In this document: positions 25,566 through 37,500 of the stretch, piece after piece | How positions within the stretch are numbered: position 1 is the first letter of the stretch | How the letters are laid out: every line of letters starts with the position of its first letter | From: Haliotis rubra | Lineage: Eukaryota | Reading direction: 5' to 3' | Assembly: GCF_003918875.1 (NCBI RefSeq) | Contig: NW_025765914.1 | Coordinates: forward strand, 496,001 to 560,000 | Length of the DNA stretch: 64,000 bases | Notes under the pieces: generated by a model | Told to the model about the DNA's origin: nothing | Databases searched by the model: none | What the model saw: only the letters and a program-made list of their open reading frames with translations | Translations under genes and position numbers: made by a program

Positions 25566-26093
25566 TGGGGATCTCAATTGACATGTGGAGGGCAAAAATC
25601 GGAAATTTTGTGCCACCAAGAGGGGTAAGACAGATCACAAAGATACAACCATACAACCCATCATGCAAATGGACGCCGGCCAGACGTAGGATACAGACTT
25701 CTGTTGTGTGGGACTTCAATGCTTTTTATATACAGTGTGGGGTCAGCTCGTGCATAGTGGATGCAAACTAAATCATCTACATTTACCCCGCCAGTTACAG
25801 TATGCCCACGCAGTGAGATCTGTGATTGTTTCTACACTACTGTGACGTCAGTGTTTACATATCGAAAACAAGAAACACCGAGGATAAGTTCACTCCCAAG
25901 AACAATGACTGTGCACTCGATGATTTACAGAGCTGGAGACATGGAACTCAACTCAGGAACTTCCGGTAAGGAGCTTGATGATCTTAAATCTGCCATAATA
26001 AAAAAATTAAAGACTCAGAAGAACGGCTGTCTCATGACATGCAGTCTGTTAAAGAGGACATACAATCTATCAGGTCAGAGATCTGTGATTTAA
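25566..26093 (+). mobile_element. Degenerate 5' ORF of a CR1/L2-type LINE with a decayed 2A-like motif
   Basis: MGISIDMWRAKIGNF start followed, after frameshifts, by RAGDMELNSG. Confidence 0.5.
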
Positions 26094-27616
26094 AAAGTGA
26101 ACTTGAGACTAATATAGAGTAACAACATGTGATCAGAATGTATGTTGACGAACTTACATGTTTCCATGTAGTATCGTATGCTTTTTCTAGATCGAAGTTT
26201 ATTAATTAGGGCATGTTTAACAAAAGATTCTTACCAAACGATCGATGGTACCTCTGTTTTTTACGGAAACCACATTGTATATCTGTTGATAAGTTATTGG
26301 TTTTCAAGTACCAAACAAGTCGAATATTTATCTTCCGTTCAGTGGTCTTGCAAACTCAGCTAGTTAGTGAAATTGGTCTATAGTTAGAAGGATCAGTATG
26401 ATCACGTCCAGGTTTAGGAATGGGAACAATCATAGCAAATTTTCCAGAAGTCCAAATGTCATCAAAATATATGTAAGAGTGTTCTGGAATGATCTACAAG
26501 ACCAAACTAAGAACGTTAAAAGTAAAGCATCCTTTGCTAATGTTACTTTTGATTGGAGTAGGATTTTTATGACTTACCTATATGATTTGAAAAATGTCAA
26601 ACTACTTGATTTCCAATACTAGATTTTACATGGTATTATAAAAACTAAAAAAAAGAACTATTTAAAATGAAACTTATTGACAATTTAGTTAGCTTTTTTG
26701 TTTTGAGCTGAATGAGAGTATTTCTCATGTTTATGAGACACAAACAGTCTGGAATGAATTTGAAGTATTGATGAACAATCATATAGAGAACACAGTTATG
26801 ATAACAAAATACCTTGTTTGGTTTGGAACATTATACATTGATAGACTATTGAATCATATTATCTTATCAGCCAAAAGATATATCCATCTATGTGGGATTA
26901 AACAACACGCTCCAAAACTGTAAAGGTTTTTGGTTATTTTGAGAGAGTTTTTCAACGTTGAATTATTGCAATTAAAATAATAGCCTTCATAATCATGACA
27001 ATAAAGGGCTTTCTATATTTCCAACTCAACAAAAAACCTAGACTCACTATTGGTATGTATTTTTGAATTCTCTGTGTCAAACTCTGAAAATGTTAATTGC
27101 TGTGTAACGATGTAGTTTTGGGAACAATAAGAACATTTTGAAAAAAAGAACGTTAAAAATACAATTATGAGGACCAAATTTCAAATTTGACGCGCCTCTT
27201 GATGTGGACGTTGAGGTTCCTGTCAGTGTAGTGGTTGACAATTCCACTTTTGATGTGTCTGGAAACCTCGAACATCATCTCGTATTTAGCCTCGTAGATT
27301 TTACTCTCAAAGAATGTAGCTCGATTAGATTTGAATTTTAATTATTTTTTTATGAAATGAAAAAGACCACCTCTTTGCTTTTTGTTCAGAACATGGTATT
27401 TACTTTCCGGAGGAGCTTTGCGCACCTAAAACATAACCTAAACCTATGATCTTCGGGTTCTGATAATGTTTCTAAGCTTGTCAGCTCATAGTCGTTGACG
27501 TGGGCTTTACCAAAGTGATACACGTCGCACAGCATCATCACTTTGGCTTCTCGTCTTCATCAACCTCACATTTTCTATATATTTGAAATAACGTATACAC
27601 AATGCCTTTTTGAAAA

Positions 27617-27860
27617 GTGAGTAAGAGAGTTTAGTTTTACGCCGCAATATTCCAGCTATATGGTGGCGGTCTGTAAATAATCGAGTCAGCACCAGACAAC
27701 CCAGTAATCAACATCATGAGCATCGATCTGCGCAATTGGGAACCGATGACATGTGTCAACCAAGTCAGCGAGCCTGACAACCCGATCCTGGTAGTCGCCT
27801 CTTACAACAAGCATAGTCGCCTTTTGTGGCAAGCATAGGTTGCTGAAGACCTATTCTAAT
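27617..27860 (-). mobile_element. SINE family B
   Basis: Homologous to 57655-57896; shares the GCTGGAATATTGC..GCGGCGTAAAAC tail with family A; absent from the paralogous site near 18500. Confidence 0.75.
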
Positions 27861-28587
27861 GAATTTACCAGCTGAATGTAGAGAAACCCTCAGATGACAA
27901 ACTACATCCTGGCAACAAAAATTCGTTGTACTAGATGTAAAGAGCAATAATGACTTTTTATTTCCCCCATTTATCATAATTATCTTAAAGATAGATTATA
28001 CCGACATTCAGAATCAGTCTTTTCAGGGACTGCTTCTTCATAAACTCACCTTACAAGCAAAGACAGCTAATGTCTTGGAACAGTGGCGCTAACACGTGAT
28101 ATGTATATGTTGTGCCATTTGCGGCTAAGAGGGCAGGCGATACTTATCTTTGAATTCTGACTTTAAAAAGATGTGACGCGAACCAGACTGCCTTTATTAA
28201 ACATAAATTTAGTAAATAGCAACAGGTACAAGCAAGATACAATAGCAGTACCTTTTGAAAGAAATGTAGGTATGCAGATTCATAAAATTTCATGCAGGTC
28301 TAACGTTGTCAACAGTGGTCTGTAATCCCCGCTATGTTTCTAACACCCCACCCCAAACCAAATTCATAAACATAATAATTTAGAAAAATTATTAAAATGA
28401 AAGTCGGTGCATGATATGAAAAGTCAAAAGGGTTTATTCCACGGACTTTTTTATTTTCGTTTTCAAGTGAGTGCACATCTCACATCAGGCAACATCTAAG
28501 GACTGTATGGTCGGTCCATTGTGAATGTTAGTGACACCTTGGAATTTGTTAGCCATTCTTCTATACAGAGAGTTTCGTGAACTGAAT

Positions 28588-31500
28588 CTAGCAAGAAACT
28601 TCGCTTTCATCCAAGACTGTGACAGCCAGGCGACCCAAGAGCTTGGCTTCTTCTGCTGAGCAATCAGGTACCTCTGCCACACGTTTTCTGATGCAAGTCG
28701 GCACACTAATAAAGAGACAAAACGTTCTGGATTACGGTANNNNNNNNNNNNNNNNNNNNNNNNNNNNNNNNNNNNNNNNNNNNNNNNNNNNNNNNNNNNN
28801 NNNNNNNNNNNNNNNNNNNNNNNNNNNNNNNNNNNNNNNNNNNNNNNNNNNNNNNNNNNNNNNNNNNNNNNNNNNNNNNNNNNNNNNNNNNNNNNNNNNN
28901 NNNNNNNNNNNNNNNGGCAGATGGACAGAGTCTGCTAACCACGCAGCACTGTTCCGCGTCGCTTGCAATTGATTTTTCAGTTGAGGCATACCGAATATTT
29001 TAACTTCATATAAGCTTGATTAGTGTTGAAAAAACGGCGGAGGACATCAGGATACATATTGTACCTATGAGAGGCATGGAACACGGGTCTTCGACGTGAC
29101 GAGCGAACGCTCTAACCACTAGGCTATCCCACCACCCATATGTTTCGAAACACATAGAGTGAGAACACAATAACAAGATAATACCGATATCAACATATAC
29201 ACGTAAAAGTATGAGATAAAATATAGTTACCACTGGATATACGGATGAAGGCACCCACGGATCGTTGTCGTGAGGTTCGAGCTTCTCCAGCAGTCTTCCC
29301 CCGATACAAATGCTGAAATGGTTGAATACAATTACCGACGAAATGTTGGCGAGTGTTTATCGTATTCACACACATCAAATAGTAAACATGATAACCGGTG
29401 AGAATATTTGTTGAGAATATCATCTGCTGAGATCCCTACATAATCAACCCGCAAGCAAACCTACCCGTGTTTAAGTACATACATTCATAGTTTTCATGAC
29501 AATTATAGTAGCGTTGACACTGTGATTTTACCGACCAGTCAAGCTCCTAAAAGTGCATAAAAACAGCAATAAGCCGTTTCTCGAAAGAGGGGAAAGTTTA
29601 TATAACCATCACAAACACAATCACACGACACAGAGAAGAGCGATCTACATAACCATTGCCACATAATCTTCCTGGACATCCAAGTAAAGAGATCTACATA
29701 CTATCCTCTGATGTATACCCTCCACTGACACCCAAGTAAAGAGATCTACATATTACCCTTATGTATACTCTCCAATGACACCCAAATAAAGAGATCTACA
29801 TATTACCCTCTTATGTATACCCTCCACTGACACCCAAGTAAAGAGATCTACATATTACCCTCTTATGTATACTCTCCAATGACACCAAGTAAAGAGATCT
29901 ACATATTACCCTCTTATGTATACTCTCCAATGGCACCAAGTAAAGAGATCTACATATTACCCTCTGATGTATACTCTCCAATGACACCAAGTAAAGAGAT
30001 CTACATACTACCCTCTGATGTATACTCTCCAATGACACCAAGTAAAGAGATCTACATATTACCCTCTTATGTATACTCTCCAATGACGCCCACGTGTATA
30101 GAGAGCTCAGTAGCCAGTCTTAAACATGCCGCGACTGAATCTGTAGCAACGTGCACACGCTCTGGGACTCCTTGAAGCCGGTATTTCACAAAATGTTGTT
30201 GCTAGGCGCCTTAATGTCAACCAGTCCACCATTAGCCGTCTTGTCAGTCGTCACCAGAAGACAGGGACCGTTGCCGACCGCCCTCGACCAGGGCGACTTC
30301 CGGTTACAAAGGCCAGATAAGATCGACAGATGCGACTGGCGCACCTTCGAGTTCGCTTCAGAACGGCAACAGCAAGAGCAGCAGCAACGATTGGTAGCCA
30401 TGGAAGAAGGATCCACCCATTGACAGTCATTCGACGCCTGAGACAGGCCGGACTGAACTGTCGACGTCCATACCGTGGCCCTGTGCTTCAGCCCCGTCAC
30501 CGCCAAGCCCGACGTCAATTCGCACGGCAGTATGCGCAACAACAACCACTTTTCTTCCGTAGGCTTGTCTTTTCAGACGAGTCACGGTATTTGTGGATGG
30601 AAGAGATCCTGTTTCCAGACGTCGTGGGGATCGTTATGCAGGCCCATGTGTCAGACAGAGATATAGAATTGGTGGTGATAGCGTAATGGTTTGGGGGACC
30701 ATCTACGCATGTTTCAGGAGTGATCTGACTGCACAGCGTTATGTGGATGAAGTCCTGAGGCCCGTAGTGGTTGCTTTGCTGCGCCGTCACCAACGCCCTC
30801 GACGTCCACTACCATTCCAACATGACAACGCCCGTCCTCATGCCGCCAGGGTGACACAAGCATTCATTCAGCAAGCTGGACTTAATGTGATGGACTGGCC
30901 AGCGTATTCACCAGATCTCAACCCTACTGAGCATGTGTGGGATGAACTGGGGAGACGTGTTTATCGACGTCAGCCACCGCAAGCCAACGTCGCAGCTCTC
31001 ACACTGGCCTTGCAGCAAGAATGGAGGAACATTCCCATGGCCTTCATTGCTCGCCTCTGTGACTCATTGCCCCATCGTCTCAATGCCTGCGTCAGGGCGA
31101 ATGGAGGACAAACAAGATACTGACAGTGTTTAAAGGGGTGACCTTGTTTGACCTTATCTGTTCCACTCGCATTTGCTGATATCCAACTTTTTCAAAACCA
31201 TAATCATTGCTAATTACCCATGTCATAAACTGAAAATGATTTTACATCTAAACCTTTGTTTTTGTCACTTTATTCCACATCAAAATCAGTTATGCGTTTT
31301 CATTGCGGGTCAGTATAATTTTATATCTCGCATGACACCCAAGTAATAGGTCTATGTGACCATTGGCACATAATTTTCCATGACACCCAAGTAAAGAGAT
31401 CGACGTATATACTAGTACCTCTAATGCATTATCGTGCATGACACCCAAGTAACGAGACCTACAAGACCACTGGCACGTAATCTTCCATGACACCCAAGAG

Positions 31501-34500
31501 ATCTACATGAACACTGAACACGATCAATATGACACCTAAAGAGATTTACATAACCCTCTACACACAAGCTCCCATAAAACCCGTATAGAAAAGTATCTCG
31601 AGAATCAGCAAATACACAATCACTCTGTTCATATTATTTTTGTTAAATAGAACTGCTACTATGTACTATATGTGCACCATACCTTGACTGTTCTGGCAAA
31701 TGAATTCCCATGGCATCTGAGCGCTTTGCATGTCCCTGTATAAGTCGTGGTTCCTACACTCACTGGCAGAGCCAATACAGTTCCGGCTTTCCTCAAGGAG
31801 GTTTGACCTTACACAAAAATTCACCAATGCATGAGTACGTGCGTGGGCGTGGGTGCGTGGGTGCGTGGGTGCGAGGGTGCGTGGGTGGTTGTGTGCGTAG
31901 ATGGGTGGGTGTGTGGGTGCGTGGTTGGGTGCGTGGATGGGCATTGGGTGGAAGGTGAAGGAGTGATAGATTCCATTACATCACATATAATGCATTTACC
32001 TGTACACTTTCTAATGTAATATAGAAAGTAAAACATTTTCCGTTAAATACCCCATGTAATATCGGAGGTAACGCATTTACCTTTTCACAGACATGTACTT
32101 GTAATGCAGAAGGTAATGAATTTACAGTACAGCACTGTCCGTATATATTTCTGCAACACAGACGTTTAGCTCGTTTATCTAAACTGTCTTCATCAGTTTG
32201 GCAAAGTGTCACCGACAGTTAGAATGACCAGGGTTTTCGCCCTTGCATCACTATCGGATCTGTTCGTATACGTTCGCAAAACAGCCTCTAATATGAGCTC
32301 AGATTGGAGATGACACATTGATATCGCTTTGTTCACATTTTTGAGAGGTTGAGAGTATGTTATATGTTGACAGGGTGTCTGAAAACAATGTTAAAATCAG
32401 AAACGAGTCGGTTAATCAAATGCCTGGTAGCTCCATAACTATAGGGTAAGTGAGTGAGTGGGTGAGTGAGTAAAATTTGGATGGAACGTGACCCACTTAT
32501 AGATTCCATTGCACTATATAACGCATTTCCCTGTACACTACCAGATGTATACTGAAAGTAATACCTGACATCTCCATAACTATAAGTGACACAACTAATA
32601 GATTACTTACTCGCACGGTACAGCAAGTCTCCCATCAACAACGACGTCTTGTGGACCATTCACGGCAAAAATATCACGGAGGTTCTGCACGCAGGGACTG
32701 AGCCTTCCCATGCAAGGATCCTCTTCTGCTTGGCCATAGGACACGTTCACCATGTTCTCAGGATTCTGACGACGCTGTGTCTTGTGGCCAGCATTGGGAA
32801 ACAGAGCTGGAGACAATGAGATAGTAATTTAGTTAAAGAACCACTAAACTTTGTTTTTTGTTACTCTTTTAACCATTACATATGAAAGATTTGTGGTTAG
32901 TCTTATGCGGAACACCAAATTTATTCTTTAAAAACTTGTGGTTAATTAATACCGAGCGATTAAAAGTTGCCAAAAAGTCGCTTGCTTCCCTCTCGCCCGC
33001 CAACGAAACCACAGACAGGTTACGTAACTCTGTCGCCCGAGCACTGCAGTGACGTCATATGAGGAACGATTTTCAGTTAGTGGTATAGAAAATGTGTAGC
33101 ACGCTAATCATTTTGATGATTTCTCGACATCAACGACGACATGCCGAATCGTTGCTTTGTCGTCAATTGCTCCTAGGGGTCGGGCGATAGTGTCCCCATG
33201 CACAGATTTCCACAGGACCCCGCAGTTCGTGCTAAATGGGTTATGTTTGTGAGTGCGAAGCGAGCGTTGTGGAAGCCTGAAACGATATCTTACTTGTGTT
33301 CAGATCGCTTCACGGAAGTTAAAGAATCAAAACTACATACTAGTTGTAGTAAAATATGCATATGATTGATGACCATAAAGATTTTTATGACACAACTTGT
33401 AACATAACGATTTCTTCCTCGGAAGTGAGGTTGTGGTCGAAGTAACAATAATATTGTAAGTAGTATTATATTGATACCCACCTCGCTGCCACGAGAAATT
33501 GTTATGATATACGCTATGTCATGCAAAATCCTATTGGCTATCAATAAAATACATATTTTATTACCAGTAGAGTAGTTTTGATTTTGTAACTCGGTGAAAA
33601 CAAACCTAAATACCATTTAGCCTCAGACTGGCGGATGTTCCCGACAGGGCGCCGCCATTTTAAAAATAAAAAATCTGTTAGAATTAATGAGATTATAGTT
33701 TGTTTTCACTCAAGTTAGAAAATCAAGACTACTTTCTACTCGTTGTTAAATATGTATTGGAATCATAACCAAACGGATTTTGCATTACACAACTTATAAC
33801 ATAACGATTTCTTCCACGGAAGCGAGGTGGGGGTCGATGTCACAATACTGCGCGATAAATTTCTTGCTACATTCCCATGGTTAATGTCCACTCACCAGTA
33901 TGTAGATACTAGTCAATGTGCGTCTTTATATTTGGACTTATAATCCTAATTAGTTTATTATCACATTTGTATGCATTTTGAAACTAAATAAAAAAGCAGA
34001 CGATCTGCTGATACTTATAGTGAATTTATAACAGAACTGTAATATCTAGACATTTTATAGTTTGCCAATGTGAATCATAATTCGCACACACACCCTAGTA
34101 CATGTTGTCTGTCTCATTACACTTCACGGCGAAAACAATGATTCTGTTGAATGCTACGACAAATGAATAAAAAACAAAATGCAAATATTAAAATTAAAAC
34201 AGATTAAAGTTATAGGAACAATATCAGGCCATTACCTTGTTCGAGGAATGTATCCATCAATATCCACAAAACTGTTCCAAATGATGTCTTTTAACAGTTT
34301 AATATACGAAAAAGTGATAAATCTTTTCAGGTATTGGTGTAAAGTCTCATTGGTCACCCAAGATAGCACACCTGGCAACTAATTGCATAATGTCCGCCTT
34401 TCTTTAAAAACAGTAATTTAGTTAGCCAATAATGGGCAATCAATCAATGTATTGCCGGTTAATCCTTTGAAAGAAGGACGTTGTTTTTACGCAGACACCG

Positions 34501-37500
34501 ACACGACAGAGTGTATTCAGTATAGATTAGTAAATCTACATACATAAACACTACCTTTTGACAATTCCGCTGTGTAAGATAAAAGTAATTAATCAATCAG
34601 CGTGTTATCGGTTAATCCTTTGATCGATGTTTATAATGTTGAATATTTACTCCAGACACAAGAAATGCCAAATGGGAACCTTTGTCGGGTAATCTAAGCG
34701 TGTTACCACTAATTATACCTGTTATAAATTCATTAACTGACCATCAAGTGAATGATGACAAATAACATGTGTAGGTTTATACCACCTAACACGGGTTACA
34801 ACGAGGGAGTATTAATTGCTGTATTGCATGTGAAAACTTATTGGCCGACACTGTTTTGAGAATACAAACAGATTTTTACATGACATGATTAAATATCGAG
34901 GTAAAACAACACAGAAATGGGATCAATTTGATCAGTCATTATACAAATAGGGCCTAACGACACCAATCGATTTTGACAGAATCGTCTATGAAAACAAGTT
35001 GTAACTCGGAAACTAGGGCAAGCAGGAGACAAAATTAAATGACAGTAGATTGTGAGAACATATAGCTTTCATTTTCCACAACAATTGTCACGATTTCAGG
35101 TTTATACAAGCCTGTAAACACGATAATTTACCCCCCTAAAATGTAGATGAATTCTGCATCGGATCTCAAAGCTATTCCTCATATGACGTCACAGAGGCGC
35201 GCAGCTCTGATTGGTTGAAATTTCGTTCGCTGGTGAGAATTGTGCACTGTTGTCAAAAAGGTCGATTTAAGTCAATTAAAGGTCGAAATGAGTAGTTTTA
35301 ATGACGGGGTTTCATTTATAACGATGCCAGTTAGTGATTTATGTATTTGTACCCCCTAGGGTTTATGTGACCTTTAACACCGATGTTATATACGGTTCGC
35401 AGACTTACGCCCCTTACCTACGGAAAGATTCGGTAATCGTGGGATCGAATTGCATATTGACTATATAAGTTCTACTAAAGTTCTACACGGATACAATACC
35501 TGTTGCCTGTGTGTATAAAGTTCTCCCTGATGAAAGTAAAGTATTTTTTTTCAAAACTTTGAAGCGAACCTGTCATTGAGAATGCAGTGGGAATAGTTCT
35601 GCAATAAACTTATGGTGCAGGCAACCTGCCTACAATAAGAGCGATAAATATGTAGCTTAAATCTATAGACAGTAGTTTGGTATATATACTGAGTCAAAAA
35701 AGAAACTTCACTTTCTTTCTTCAGGGCACTTTAAAAGAACAAGAGATGGTAATATGGTTAAATTGATATTATTTCATTGCTGAGATATGTGTGATGTACT
35801 CGATACACTGACAGTGCCATAATCAGTTCCATTAGGCTACACCGCCGTTCCAAAACATGGGTATACAGAATGTCAAGTCACAAGAATAAAAATGCGAAAT
35901 TTCTCAGTTCAATATCGTGTATGGCCGCCCCGCGCATTCACCATTGCCAAACACCGTCTCCTCATCGACTGCCTGATGCCTGTGAACACGTGGTTAGGGA
36001 TTCTGCGCCATTGCTCTTGCAAGGCAGCGCCAAGTTCTGAGGTTGGTTCCTAAGACCACGAAGCCTTCTCCCAAGTGCATCCCAAACGTGCTCTATTGGA
36101 TTAAGGTCAGGGGACCTCGATGGTCAGTCCATGACGTTGATTCCAGCGTTTTGAAGGAAATTTCGTGTCAACATCGCGGTATGCGGCCGAGCATTATCAT
36201 GCTGGAACTGTAGACCTGGGCCATGAGCCGCCATGAAAGGAACGAGTTCAGGGGTGAGCACCTGGTCGCGGTAAGCAGCAGCTGTGAGGTTTCCACAGAT
36301 GACCAGAAGTCGGGAACGGTTGTTCCCACAGAAAGCACCCCACACCATGCAACTTCCGCCCCCAAATCTGTCGACTTCCTTTACACAACATTGGGCATAC
36401 CGTTCACGACGTCGTCTCCAGACTCCATGCCTGCCGTCCGAGAATCTGAGGGTAAACCTGGATTCAGCGCTAAAGACGACTCGATTCCAGTCTCTCTGGG
36501 TCCATCGGAGGTGACGTTGGGCCCACGGCAGACGTTGACGTTGATGAAACGGCGTCAATATTGGCCCACGATATGGACGTCGAGAATGGAGATTGGCATC
36601 CCGCAACCGATTTCGAATGGTCTGTGAGGACAGTCGACCTCAAAGCATCTCAGCCCTGGTTCGTGTAGCCGGCGAAATCTGTCACGTAGGTGACGTAAGA
36701 CGGTTTTGAGAATACAAACAGATTTTTTACATGACATGATTAAATATCGAGGTAAAACAACACAGAAATGGGATCAATTTGGATCAGTCATTATACAAAT
36801 AGGGCCTAACGACACCAATCGATTTTGACAGAATCGTCTATGAAAACAAGTTGTAACTCGGAAACTAGGCAAAGCAGGAGACAAAATTAAATGACAGTAG
36901 ATTGTGAGAACATATAGCTTTCATTTTCCACAACAATTGTCACGATTTCAGGTTTATACAAGCCTGTAAACACGATAATTTACCCTAAAATGTAGATGAA
37001 TTCCTGCATCGGCTCTCAAAGCTATTCCTCATATGACGTCACAGACATGCGCAGCTCTGATTGGTTGAAATTTCGTTCGCTGGTGAGAAATTGTGCACTG
37101 TTGTCAAAAAGGTCGATTTAAGTCAATTAAAGGTCGAAATGAGTAGTTTTTAATGACGGGGTTTCATTTATAACGATGCCAGTTAGTGATTTATGTATTT
37201 TTAACACCGATGTTATATACGGTTCGCAGACTTACGCCTCACACCTACGGAAAGATTCGGTGATCGTGGGCTCGAATTGCAGATTGACTATATAAGTTCT
37301 ACTAAAGTTCTACACGGATACAATACCTGTTGCCTGTGTGTATAAAGTTCTCCCTGATGAAAGTAAAGTATTTTTCAAAACTTTGAAGTGAACCTGTCAT
37401 TGAGAATGCAAGTGGGAATAGTTCTGCAATAAACTTATGGCGCAGGCGACCTGCCTACAATAAGAGCGATAAATATGTAGCTTAAATCTATAGACAGTAG

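Noticed and set aside
29811-30175. ORFs with 17-aa repeats on both strands
   Set aside because: Artefact of the 51-bp intronic minisatellite.
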